This document shows positions 1 through 8,960 of a stretch of DNA of 64,000 bases, in pieces. The translations under genes were made by a program, and so were the position numbers. The stretch is taken from positions 29,504-93,503 of the forward strand of contig CANGGG010000001.1 of the NCBI GenBank assembly GCA_947453415.1. Direction: 5' to 3'. Each line of letters starts with the position of its first letter. Position 1 is the first letter of the stretch. The DNA is from Bacteroidota bacterium. Lineage in GTDB: Bacteria > Bacteroidota > Bacteroidia > UKL13-3. The notes beneath the pieces are model-generated. The model had not been told where the DNA came from, ran no database searches, and saw only the letters and a list, made by a program, of their open reading frames with translations.

Positions 1-978
1 GCTGAAGGTATTAGCGTAGAAGAGTTAGAAAAAGATTTAACAGAACTAATGGCTAAATGGGAAATTGTTTACACCCAGTTAAAATCAGCTGTTCCACCAC
101 AAAAACTATTAGGCGAAAGCGAAAGAACGCTTACTTTAATTAGGGATTTAGTGAATGAAGACTTTACAGGAATTCATGTAAATGACACGTATTTATATAA
201 TGAAATTAAGAATTATGTAAAATCGAAAAGCCCAGTTTTAGAAAAAATTGTTAAACTTTACACAGGAAAAGTTTCCATTTTTGAACATTTTGACATTGAA
301 AAACAAATAAAAACTAGCTTTGGAAAAGAAGCGAATTTTTTAGGAGGATGTTATTTAATTATTGAGCATACAGAAGCGATGCACGTAATAGATGTAAACA
401 GTGGAAATACAAGTGCAAAAAACGAAGCGCAAGAAGACAATGCTTTAAGAATTAACTTAGAAGCTGCAACTGAAGTGGCTCGCCAATTACGATTACGCGA
501 CTTAGGTGGAATTGTAGTAGTAGATTTTATTGATCAAAAAACTGCTGGAAACCGAAAATTAGTTTATGAAAAACTAAAAGAGGAAATGAAAAGCGATAGG
601 GCAAGGCATAAAATTTTGCCGATGAGTCCTTTTGGTTTGGTTGAAATTACTCGCCAGCGAGTAAGACCAGAAATGAATATTATTACAACGGAAAAATGCC
701 CTACTTGCAACGGAACTGGGGAAATTCAAAACAGTGTGGTATTACTTGACGAAATTGAAAATCAAGTGAAGTATTTGATAGAAAATGTGCGTCATAAAGG
801 ATTTAGTTTGGAGTTAAACCCATACTTAGCCGCTTATTTTATTCATGGTGGAATTAAATCGCCAAGATTTAAATGGTTCATTAAATACAAACGTTGGATA
901 AAAATAAATAAAGTAAACACCCTTTCAATGGTTGATTACCGATTTATAGATAAAGACGGTGAAGCAGTAGTATTTTAA
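1..978 (+). CDS. rng: Ribonuclease E/G family (Rne/Rng), C-terminal part; the 5' end lies outside the window
   Basis: Frame 1 is open from nt 1 (AEGISVEELEKDLTELMAKW...). The ORF track gives 49..978. Motifs MHVIDVNSG, DLGGIVVVDFID and CPTCNGTGEI are typical of the RNase E/G catalytic core. Confidence 0.85.
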   Translation, partial: AEGISVEELEKDLTELMAKWEIVYTQLKSAVPPQKLLGESERTLTLIRDLVNEDFTGIHVNDTYLYNEIKNYVKSKSPVLEKIVKLYTGKVSIFEHFDIEKQIKTSFGKEANFLGGCYLIIEHTEAMHVIDVNSGNTSAKNEAQEDNALRINLEAATEVARQLRLRDLGGIVVVDFIDQKTAGNRKLVYEKLKEEMKSDRARHKILPMSPFGLVEITRQRVRPEMNIITTEKCPTCNGTGEIQNSVVLLDEIENQVKYLIENVRHKGFSLELNPYLAAYFIHGGIKSPRFKWFIKYKRWIKINKVNTLSMVDYRFIDKDGEAVVF

Positions 979-1042
979 AAACTATTCTTAATTGTTGGTG
1001 CCGCTGCGCTTAAACACCAACAATGGCATCTTTAAATAAAAA

Positions 1043-1075
1043 ATCCGTAAAGTTCAGGCTTTACGGATTTTTTTA
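1043..1075. terminator. Bidirectional rho-independent terminator between convergent rng and the helicase-nuclease gene
   Basis: Stem ATCCGTAAAG / CTTTACGGAT (1043-1052 / 1059-1068) with loop TTCAGG. An A-run lies upstream and a T-run at 1069-1075. Confidence 0.75.
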
Positions 1076-1096
1076 TGAATATTTTCTAAATAAACA

Positions 1097-1176
1097 GTCA
1101 GTTTGAGCGGAGTCGAGAACCGTTAACTATGTCTCGACTCCGCTCGACATGACTAACGACTCCGCTCGACATGACC
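1097..1176. repeat. REP-like palindromic element (family R1, core GAGCGGAGTCGA) plus an extra half copy
   Basis: Left arm GTCAGTTTGAGCGGAGTCGAGA (1097-1118) pairs with right arm TCTCGACTCCGCTCGACATGAC (1132-1154). A third half-copy CGACTCCGCTCGACATGACC lies at 1157-1176. The same core word recurs at 6219, 20232 and 27449. Confidence 0.8.
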
Positions 1177-1191
1177 AAAACTTAATTTTTT

Positions 1192-4100
1192 TTATTCTTC
1201 CTCCTCTCCTACTCTGTCTATTTCAATTTTAAAATCAGAACTGGCGTAGTAATTTTTGGTAAACTCACACCAATGGCAATCTGCTTTTCCGCAGCCATTG
1301 CTAAATTCTTTTGCTTTTATTTTAGTAAAAGCAAAATCTATTTGTCCTAAAACCGTTTGAATGTCTAAAGGTGTAATTGGAACCCTAATTTTATTGAAAT
1401 TATTTGTTTTTTTATCAGGTTCTACAAAGTCAAATTCACAGGTTTGCATATCCCAATCTTGTGTTTTGGGGTCCTTATCGTAATCCATTAGTATTTTATA
1501 AAACACTGCTTGTCGCCAATAATCACCACCAAATTTATCTTCAAACTTGGGTTCTTTTTTATCAGCTTCATCTTTTATTACATTTTCAGGATTAGGCGTT
1601 TTAAACTTTTCTCGCGCATTGTCAATATTGCCTGTTTTGTAATCCACTACATTTACCACATTCCCTGCAAACTCTAATTTATCTAACTTTCCGTTTAAAG
1701 GAACATTATTTACCACTACATTTTTCAAACTCCGTTCTACACTGGTAATTTTATTCCATTCATTGATGTATTTAGCATAATATTTTGGCAAAAACTGATC
1801 GCCATATTCCATGCGTAATTTAAATTCTTGAGACGTAAAATTTTGTTCATTTCTGCGCATAAACCAAGCAAAATCCTTTAACATTTCTTCCGCAGTAGCA
1901 AAGATTTTCTCGTCATTGCTATTCATGTTTCGGAACAATTTTTCTAAGGCATAATGAACAGCGCTACCAAAAGTCATGCTTGCACTTAATGGCGCTGGCA
2001 CCTTAATTAAACTGTTAAAGTAAAACGCAGTTGGACATTTCAAATAAGAACTTAAGTGAGTTACACTCAAGGTGTATTTTTCCAATAATTCATTTACAAA
2101 ATCATTGTTAAATAATTGGTCGGCAGCTTGGTGTTTTTGGTTTTGCCAAACTATCAATTCAAAGTTTATTAAATCGGCATCACTTACTGCATAATCGCTA
2201 TTTTTTATTCCTGCAAACTCTTCTAATTCTGCTAAAAACTGACTTTTTTCTAGCTCTTTGCTATTGTTATCATGCGTTAAATAACTTAAGTTCAATTGCT
2301 TTTTTGCACGAGTCATTCCTACATAAAACAACCTGCGTTTTTCTTCTAAATCATTTTCTTTATTGATTTCAAATAAAGTATCTGGCAGGGAATAACTGCT
2401 GTGTTTACGCGATTTTTCCCAAACATTTGCATTGATACCAATGATAAAAACATGCTCAAATTCTAATCCTTTTGACGAATGTGTGGTAATAAAATTTACA
2501 CCATCCAAATTATAAATCAAGCGCTGTGATGGCAACTGAATTTTTTCTTTTTCCATGGTATCTATTGTATTTACCAAATGCTTTAATGCAGTTTTGGTAT
2601 TGCGCACACATTCGCTTTTTACAAAATCAAAAAAGGTATGAAGTAACTGCATATTATAAGTTCGCTCATCACTTTGCAATGCTTCAAAAAGCAAACCGCT
2701 ATCGTTTATTATTTCTTTAATTAAATGTTGTAAAGTAAGATTAGCAGCACTGCTAATCCATTTTTCAATGAGTAATGAAGCTTTTACAAATAGTTCATTT
2801 ACATTTTTATCTTCAATAAAAATACTTGGTTTTGGGTCAATGAAGTTTTGCTTTAAACCTTGTCGCCAACCAACTTTCTCAAAATCTTTTTGATTGTTCA
2901 AATCGTTCATTTTATTAGCAAACCTTGCCAATTCAATGCTTGGTAAACGAAAGAAATTATAATGCAATATTTCAAATAACAAATATTCGCCACTGTGTGC
3001 TTTTGTTAATTCTGCGTTGATGTATCGTAAAATAGTTACCAGTTTTTTGATTAACATTTCATCAAAAGCATTGGCTCTTTTTCGTGTATTAATTTGAATA
3101 TTGTGATGTTGTAACCACGCAATTAAATCTTCGGCTTGTTTATGGTTATGGAACAACACAGCTATTTCATTTAATGGAACACCTTGTTCTTTCAAAGCCA
3201 TTATTTGCATAGCAATATGCGTGCTTTGATGCGCTTCATTTTGATAAGCAAATATGCTTGGAGGATTGGTTAAGGAAGCAAATTTTTCGTTGCTTGCCAG
3301 CAATGTTTTATCAGGATTTATCCTGGTATTGTTCTGACTAATTAACGCTTTACTGACATCTAAAATTACTTGACTACTGCGGTAATTTTGTACCAACGAA
3401 ATGGTTTTTAAATCTTGCGCTGCATATTTATTGATATAAAAATTGATGTTCTCCACGTTAGCACCTTGGAACCTATAAATAGATTGGTCATCATCGCCAA
3501 CGGCAAAAACATTCGGCTTTTCGTTATTTTTCAATAGTTGAAACAATAAATCGTTTTGCGCACCACTGGTATCTTGGTATTCATCTACCAAAAAGTACAA
3601 ATATTTTTCTTGGTATTGCGCTAATATTTCGGGTTTTTGGTTAAATGCTTCAATCACCCATAAAATCATATCGGCAAAATCATAGCGATTGTGTTGTTTT
3701 AACTTAGCTTGATAAGTTTCAAAAGAGGCTGAGGCAGCTCTTAAAACTTGCATTTTCTGCACTTCTTTATCGAAGGCTCCTTGTTTTAAATCGCCAGGAT
3801 TAAACTCTTTGTATTTGCGTTTGTACACAAATTCATCGCGGGTTTTGATGTCTTCTAAATAAGTATCTATTTTGCTACTGATTAGAGCAGCACTCCAATT
3901 TTCGCGCTTCATGGCTTGATACAAATTTAATAAGCGATCTGTTTCATAATAAATATCGCCAGTATAACGTTTCAGCGGATTTTCAGCTTCAAACTTTTCA
4001 ATGATTTCATGCACCAAATTTATTTGCTCTAACTCGCTAATGGCATCCAAACTTCTTATTCCAAAATAGTCTAAGTTTTCTTGAATAACGGCATTGCTAA

Positions 4101-4398
4101 AAGCATGAAAAGTAAAAATGTCAATTCTATACGCATCTGTTCCAATAATTTCAATGAGGCGTTTGCGCATGGCAATGGTTCCTGCATCGGTATAAGTTAG
4201 GCATAAAATACTTTCGGCTGTGGTATCGGTTTTGGTTAAAATATTGGCAATTCTACTTGCTAATATTTGTGTTTTTCCTGTTCCTGGCCCGGCTATCACA
4301 AGCATAGGGCCATCAATTTGGTCTACTGCAATGCGTTGCTCTGCATTCAATTGATTTAATAAATCGGTAAAAGGGATTTTTGTTTGTGGCATTTTCAA
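1192..4398 (-). CDS. UvrD/AddA-type SF1 helicase fused to a C-terminal PD-(D/E)XK, Cas4/AddB-like four-Cys nuclease domain
   Basis: 1068-aa ORF. Helicase motifs: Walker A AGPGTGKT, motif II VDEYQDT, QNYRS, TTHSSKGLEFEHVFI. The C-terminal ~300 aa carry one early Cys (YLKCPTAFY) and the cluster CGKADCHWC, the Fe-S nuclease pattern. Confidence 0.85.
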   Translation of the reverse strand: MKMPQTKIPFTDLLNQLNAEQRIAVDQIDGPMLVIAGPGTGKTQILASRIANILTKTDTTAESILCLTYTDAGTIAMRKRLIEIIGTDAYRIDIFTFHAFSNAVIQENLDYFGIRSLDAISELEQINLVHEIIEKFEAENPLKRYTGDIYYETDRLLNLYQAMKRENWSAALISSKIDTYLEDIKTRDEFVYKRKYKEFNPGDLKQGAFDKEVQKMQVLRAASASFETYQAKLKQHNRYDFADMILWVIEAFNQKPEILAQYQEKYLYFLVDEYQDTSGAQNDLLFQLLKNNEKPNVFAVGDDDQSIYRFQGANVENINFYINKYAAQDLKTISLVQNYRSSQVILDVSKALISQNNTRINPDKTLLASNEKFASLTNPPSIFAYQNEAHQSTHIAMQIMALKEQGVPLNEIAVLFHNHKQAEDLIAWLQHHNIQINTRKRANAFDEMLIKKLVTILRYINAELTKAHSGEYLLFEILHYNFFRLPSIELARFANKMNDLNNQKDFEKVGWRQGLKQNFIDPKPSIFIEDKNVNELFVKASLLIEKWISSAANLTLQHLIKEIINDSGLLFEALQSDERTYNMQLLHTFFDFVKSECVRNTKTALKHLVNTIDTMEKEKIQLPSQRLIYNLDGVNFITTHSSKGLEFEHVFIIGINANVWEKSRKHSSYSLPDTLFEINKENDLEEKRRLFYVGMTRAKKQLNLSYLTHDNNSKELEKSQFLAELEEFAGIKNSDYAVSDADLINFELIVWQNQKHQAADQLFNNDFVNELLEKYTLSVTHLSSYLKCPTAFYFNSLIKVPAPLSASMTFGSAVHYALEKLFRNMNSNDEKIFATAEEMLKDFAWFMRRNEQNFTSQEFKLRMEYGDQFLPKYYAKYINEWNKITSVERSLKNVVVNNVPLNGKLDKLEFAGNVVNVVDYKTGNIDNAREKFKTPNPENVIKDEADKKEPKFEDKFGGDYWRQAVFYKILMDYDKDPKTQDWDMQTCEFDFVEPDKKTNNFNKIRVPITPLDIQTVLGQIDFAFTKIKAKEFSNGCGKADCHWCEFTKNYYASSDFKIEIDRVGEEEE

Positions 4399-4417
4399 AA
4401 GTAATGATAAATGAGAA

Positions 4418-4645
4418 GATTTGCCACAGATTACACAGAAAAATTAACCGCAAAGTTCGCAAAGTTTTGCGCAAAGAACACAAAGGAATTTGCCTCAGAT
4501 TTCACAAAAAAAATAACCGCAAAGTTCGCGAAGGTATGCGCAATGAACACAAAGGAATTTGCCACAGATTGCACTGATTTCACAGAAAAATAAACCGCAA
4601 AGGTCGCGAAGGTATGCGCAAAGAACACAAAGGAATTTGCCGAAG
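4418..4645. repeat. Three tandem ~70-78 bp units of intergenic repeat family R2 (AACCGCAAAGTTCGCAAAG...GCGCAAAGAACACAAAGGAATTTGCC), interleaved with the R3 word GCCACAGATTACACAGA
   Basis: Read directly: the units start near 4418, 4495 and 4564. The same R2 words recur at 22041-22262. Confidence 0.85.
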
Positions 4646-4664
4646 AATATACTCAACAAACAGG

Positions 4665-5177
4665 TTATTTTACAGATAATGAGTATTTGGTATAACTATA
4701 TTTTGGAGGTAAGTTAGCGATGGAAATAATACTTAAACTGGTGCTGATAAGCATTACAGGAAAAGAAATAACTGCGGCTAACTGATTGACAGAATTAGCA
4801 GTATTTTTTTTGCTGATTCCATATACCATAAATGCAGTGGTAAACAATGCAATTCCGGTAAAAACACGCGCAAATGAATGTTTGGAATGGTAGGCGTTAT
4901 TATGAAATTGAATAGATTTTAAATCACTGTATAAACAATTATATTCTTTTATTTGATTTGGCTGCGATTTAAAAATTAACGAATCACCATTAACACTTTC
5001 CAATACCAATGTTTTGGAACTTTTATTTTTAAATTTACAATGAACTTTTATAGGCAATTTAAACAATTGCGCATTTGAAATTTCACCACTGGAATTTGAT
5101 GATAAAATGATGCTTTGTTGTGCGTTGCAAAGCATAGCAAACATGAAGATAACGAATAAATAAATTGCTGATTTCAT
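4665..5177 (-). CDS. Small secreted/membrane protein, paralog 3 of 3 (signal peptide, ~90-aa domain, two TM helices); function unknown
   Basis: The ORF track gives 4665..5219. I prefer the internal ATG at 5177 because MKSAIYLFVIFMFAMLCNAQQ is a signal peptide. That ATG sits one nt from the stop of the upstream paralog (5179). The architecture matches the two neighbours. Confidence 0.6.
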   Translation of the reverse strand: MKSAIYLFVIFMFAMLCNAQQSIILSSNSSGEISNAQLFKLPIKVHCKFKNKSSKTLVLESVNGDSLIFKSQPNQIKEYNCLYSDLKSIQFHNNAYHSKHSFARVFTGIALFTTAFMVYGISKKNTANSVNQLAAVISFPVMLISTSLSIISIANLPPKYSYTKYSLSVK

Positions 5178-5178
5178 A

Positions 5179-5643
5179 TTAATAAAAACTCCATTTGTTT
5201 TTGGTATTATATCTATCACCTATTTTAGTAACTGATTTATAGGTTAAATATCCACTTGGAATTACAAGTAACATTAATGATAAATCACCGTCAGCCATTC
5301 CTGCCAATCCAGCTAAGGTTGTAACGCTTGTGATAAAGGTTGATAAAACAAGTACGGGGTTTCTTAATGGTGTTCCTATTTTTAAATTTGAAATGTTTTT
5401 TACATTTAGTAACAATGTATCTTTTTTGTTTTTTACTACCGTTACAAAAGGAAAATGATAATCAATAACATTTACTTTTTGCTTAAAACTTAAGGAATCA
5501 GTTTGGTAAACTAATTTAATTTTTTTAGGCAATTGAATAGTCTTTTTATCCAATGAATTCATTTTTTCTAACTTAATATATTGTGCGTTTGCAATTAAGT
5601 TAGCTAAAAACAAGACTATTAAAAAAATTAGTTTATTTGACAT
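5179..5643 (-). CDS. Small secreted/membrane protein, paralog 2 of 3; function unknown
   Basis: 154 aa. Signal peptide MSNKLIFLIVLFLANLIANAQ, hydrophobic C-terminal segments, basic tail ...RYNTKNKWSFY. Confidence 0.6.
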   Translation of the reverse strand: MSNKLIFLIVLFLANLIANAQYIKLEKMNSLDKKTIQLPKKIKLVYQTDSLSFKQKVNVIDYHFPFVTVVKNKKDTLLLNVKNISNLKIGTPLRNPVLVLSTFITSVTTLAGLAGMADGDLSLMLLVIPSGYLTYKSVTKIGDRYNTKNKWSFY

Positions 5644-6142
5644 AAATCCTCCATTTCTTGGTGTTAAAATTCTTAGGTAATTTCCTTATTAATGCCACCG
5701 AGGAAATAATAGATATAGCACTCATTGGGATTCCTAATATAATAGCAATATTTAGTGTTGGATCACCTGCATCGGTTGATTCATGAAAGAAACCACCAAT
5801 GGTTAAAGGTGTTATAAACAAAGCCATACCTGTAAAAAATGTTGCTGCTGTTTGAACCAAAGCATCACTTTTTTTGGAAAAATAAATGTGTGAAACTTCA
5901 CCTATAGTGCAATCATAATTTTGTGGTTGATTGTAATATTTCTTAAAAAACAAACTGTCGCCTACTATTTTTTGTAGCAGCAATTTATCGTAAGCACCAT
6001 TTTTAAACTGTATATAAACCTCAGCTGGTAATACAACTGATTTTATTTTTCCATTGCTTATTTTTTCTATAAATAATTTTTGTTGTGCATTGCAAAGCAA
6101 AGCAACAATGGAAAATATAAACAGGAAATATAATTTTTTCAT
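5633..6142 (-). CDS. Small secreted/membrane protein, paralog 1 of 3; function unknown
   Basis: 169 aa. Signal peptide MKKLYFLFIFSIVALLCNAQQ, shared GDSLFFK motif, two TM segments, basic tail ...KKWRIYVK. Overlaps the next paralog by 11 nt. Confidence 0.65.
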   Translation of the reverse strand: MKKLYFLFIFSIVALLCNAQQKLFIEKISNGKIKSVVLPAEVYIQFKNGAYDKLLLQKIVGDSLFFKKYYNQPQNYDCTIGEVSHIYFSKKSDALVQTAATFFTGMALFITPLTIGGFFHESTDAGDPTLNIAIILGIPMSAISIISSVALIRKLPKNFNTKKWRIYVK

Positions 6143-6218
6143 TAATCAAATATAAGGAAGTAAATTAATTATGCTAATAAAAGAAATGATGAAGTATGAA
6201 TGTTAAAGTATGATTGAT

Positions 6219-6244
6219 GCCCTTCGACTCCGCTCAGGGTGACA
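6219..6244. repeat. Single unit of REP family R1 (GCCCTTCGACTCCGCTCAGGGTGACA)
   Basis: Its core is identical to the unit at 20291-20316 inside a CDS. It is surrounded by other word repeats: GTATGAA words at ~6190-6270, AAATTCGAAATT words at 6277-6312, and AGAAGCC words at 6317-6347. Confidence 0.8.
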
Positions 6245-6393
6245 AAGGATTTTGAGTAATGAAGTATGAAAAAAATTAAATTCGAAATTCGAATATCTAA
6301 ATTCGAAATTACAATCAGCCAGAAGCCAGCTGCTAGAAGCTAATTGCTAAAAATTCCTTAAACTTGCACTCATTTTATTAGTAAAAATTAGCA

Positions 6394-8883
6394 TTGCAGT
6401 TCAATCCATTCCAATATCATTTACCCGTTGCCGATATTATTGACGAGGTGAAAAACCATTTAACCAATCACAATACTTTAATTGTAAACGCGCCTCCAGG
6501 AGCGGGAAAAAGTACGCTTTTGCCTTTGACTTTATTGGATGAAAATTGGTTGGCTGGCAAAAAAATTATTATGTTGGAACCACGAAGGTTAGCTGCTAAA
6601 ACAATTGCTACCCGCATGGCTGAACTATGGGGCGATAAAGTGGGCGGAACCATTGGTTACAGAATACGTTTTGAAAACCGAGTAAGTGCACAAACAAAAA
6701 TTGAAGTAGTAACCGAAGGTATTTTAACTCGCATGTTACATACCGATAATGCTTTAGAAAATGTGGGCTTGGTGATTTTTGACGAGTTCCATGAACGCAG
6801 TTTATTTGCCGATGTAGCCATGGCTTTGTGCCGAGAAGCACAACAAATATTAAGACCTGATTTGCGCATGATGGTCATGTCGGCTACGCTGAACATGTCC
6901 CAATTAACAGCTTTGTTAAACTGCCCTGTGGCAGTAAGTGAGGGAAAACAATTTCCAGTAGAAATAAAATATGTAGGCGAAGGTGATGCTTTTTTATTGC
7001 CCGAAACTACTTCTCAAGTAATTGTAAAAGCAGTAAAAGAAAACGAAGGCGATGTGTTGGTGTTTTTACCTGGCGAAGGAGAAATTAGAAAATGTGCTGA
7101 ATTACTAAAAAGTAAATTGTTGGACTTTGCCATTCATCCATTATACGGACAATTACCTCAACGGGAACAATTTGCCGCCATTATGCCAAATAAAAATGGC
7201 AAACGAAAAGTAGTATTAGCTACTTCCATTGCCGAAACTAGTTTAACCATTGAAGGAGTAAAAATAGTAATTGATTCAGGGTTTGCGCGTGTTTCCAAGT
7301 TTGATCCTAAGTCAGGATTATCGCGGTTAGAAACAGTTCAAATTACCAAAGATTCAGCTGACCAACGTGCAGGACGTGCGGGAAGATTAAGTGCTGGTGT
7401 TTGTTATAGAATGTGGACCAAGGCCAATCAGGAACGAATGATTGAACACAGAATACCTGAAATTATGGAAGCTGATTTAGCTGCTTTGGTGCTCGACATG
7501 GCCAAGTGGGGAATTAGTAATTTAAACCAACTCACTTGGTTAAGTCCGCCTCCAAAAGCTGCGGTAATGCAAGCTGTAGATGTGTTGACTAATTTGAATG
7601 CTTTGGACACTAACAAACGCATTACAGAACATGGAAAAGAAATTCATCAATTGCCTTGTCATCCTCGCATTGCGCACATGCTTTTAAAGGCAAAAAAAGA
7701 CAATGCCATTGCACTGGCAACCGACATAGCAGCCATTTTAGAAGAGCGAGATCCATTGCCAAAAGACAGTGGCATAGATATCAATCTAAGAATAGAAGCA
7801 TTGAGGCGAAGTCGCCAAAATAATAGTGCTGGCAATAGATTTGGAAGAATAGAAAAGGTTGCAGAATCGTACCGCAAAATGCTGAACCAAGAAGCAGAAA
7901 ACGGACCGGTTGATGATCATGAAACAGGTTTGTTATTGGCTTATACTTATCCCGAACGCATTGCTTTTGCAAGACCAGGAAATAACGCACAGTTTCAATT
8001 AGCCAATGGAAAAATAGCAGCTATAGGGCATAGAGATAATTTGGCAAATGAACCTTGGCTTGCCGTGGCACATATAGATACCCGAGATGGTTTAGGGAAA
8101 ATATTTATGGCATCGCCATTGAATCCAAAAGATTTATTGCCATTGGTAAAAGAGCGTGAAGTAATTACTTGGGATACCCGAAAAGGTGGTTTAATAGCTA
8201 CCAAAGATTTAAGAATTGGCAGCATTGTATTGCAGTCAAAACCATTGGCAGCGCCAAACGAGGAAAATTTAGTAGCGGCTATTTCAACAGCAATAAAAAA
8301 TGAAGGCGAAGCATTATTGAATTTTGATGACGCATTTACCCAATTACAAAATAGAATTTTGAGTGTTTGCAAATGGAATCAATACAAAGATTGGCCAGAT
8401 GTAAGCACCGATGAGTTATTGCTAAATAACATGGATTGGTTAGGGTTTTATTTGCCCAAAGTAAAACGACCTGATGATTTAAAGAAAATAAATTTGAGTG
8501 AAGCCTTGCTTCAATATTTAAGTTGGGATCAACAGCAGACTTTAAACTCCTTAGCACCAGCTAAAATAAACGTACCAAGTGGATCAAATATTTCAATTGA
8601 ATATTTGGCAAATGGCGAAACCCCTATCCTATCGGTTCGCTTACAGGAAGTCTTTGGAATGGCTGATACACCAACTGTGAATAATGGAAAAATTCCTTTG
8701 GTATTGCATTTATTATCGCCAGGATTTAAACCTGTGCAAGTAACTTCCGACTTAAGAAGTTTTTGGAACAATACTTATTTTGAAGTAAAGAAAGAACTGA
8801 AACGCAGGTATCCAAAACACGCGTGGCCTGATGATCCGTGGACGGAAAAAGCAGTGGCTAAAGGCGGGCCGAGAAGGTTTTAA
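6394..8883 (+). CDS. hrpB: ATP-dependent DEAH-box helicase HrpB
   Basis: 829 aa with a TTG start per the ORF track. Walker A APPGAGKST, DEAH box IFDEFHERS, and a length and C-terminal region typical of HrpB. Confidence 0.9.
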   Translation: MQFNPFQYHLPVADIIDEVKNHLTNHNTLIVNAPPGAGKSTLLPLTLLDENWLAGKKIIMLEPRRLAAKTIATRMAELWGDKVGGTIGYRIRFENRVSAQTKIEVVTEGILTRMLHTDNALENVGLVIFDEFHERSLFADVAMALCREAQQILRPDLRMMVMSATLNMSQLTALLNCPVAVSEGKQFPVEIKYVGEGDAFLLPETTSQVIVKAVKENEGDVLVFLPGEGEIRKCAELLKSKLLDFAIHPLYGQLPQREQFAAIMPNKNGKRKVVLATSIAETSLTIEGVKIVIDSGFARVSKFDPKSGLSRLETVQITKDSADQRAGRAGRLSAGVCYRMWTKANQERMIEHRIPEIMEADLAALVLDMAKWGISNLNQLTWLSPPPKAAVMQAVDVLTNLNALDTNKRITEHGKEIHQLPCHPRIAHMLLKAKKDNAIALATDIAAILEERDPLPKDSGIDINLRIEALRRSRQNNSAGNRFGRIEKVAESYRKMLNQEAENGPVDDHETGLLLAYTYPERIAFARPGNNAQFQLANGKIAAIGHRDNLANEPWLAVAHIDTRDGLGKIFMASPLNPKDLLPLVKEREVITWDTRKGGLIATKDLRIGSIVLQSKPLAAPNEENLVAAISTAIKNEGEALLNFDDAFTQLQNRILSVCKWNQYKDWPDVSTDELLLNNMDWLGFYLPKVKRPDDLKKINLSEALLQYLSWDQQQTLNSLAPAKINVPSGSNISIEYLANGETPILSVRLQEVFGMADTPTVNNGKIPLVLHLLSPGFKPVQVTSDLRSFWNNTYFEVKKELKRRYPKHAWPDDPWTEKAVAKGGPRRF

Positions 8884-8889
8884 ATTTTA

Positions 8890-8949
8890 GCCACAGATAA
8901 CACAGATTGGAATTTTGATGTTGGATTATGAATGAATGTTATTTATTTA
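8890..8949. repeat. Stacked word repeats directly after the hrpB stop: R3 (GCCACAGATAACACAGATT) followed by R4 (GGAATTTTGATGTTGGATTATGAATGA...)
   Basis: R3 also occurs at 4420-4440 and 27359-27379. R4 also occurs at 23802-23846, at 24093-24137, and partially at 27328-27354. Confidence 0.75.
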
Positions 8950-8960
8950 GGAGGATTTCA

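Noticed and set aside
4380-4628. Three overlapping 60-65 aa ORFs on both strands (4380..4577, 4411..4593, 4431..4628).
   Set aside because: They lie entirely within the R2/R3 tandem repeat array. Their 'proteins' are periodic translations of the repeat (KVRKV.., FANFAV..). They overlap one another in different frames and have no start context.
4418-4645. Possible CRISPR arrays at 4418-4645, 22041-22262 and 33470-33735.
   Set aside because: The first two are contiguous degenerate tandem units with no unique spacers of regular length, and they contain inverted copies. The third is an in-frame coding repeat (PIKVVE/PKVVDV). No cas genes are present in the window.
1192-8883. UvrD-nuclease, three small membrane proteins and HrpB considered as a candidate defence or novel helicase-based system.
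   Set aside because: hrpB is divergently transcribed. The helicase-nuclease is separated from the paralog triplet by a 267-bp spacer almost entirely filled by the 228-bp repeat array. Both helicases look like widely conserved housekeeping types. No additional effector, methylase, ATPase or mobile-element gene is nearby. The triplet is kept only as an unknown-function finding.
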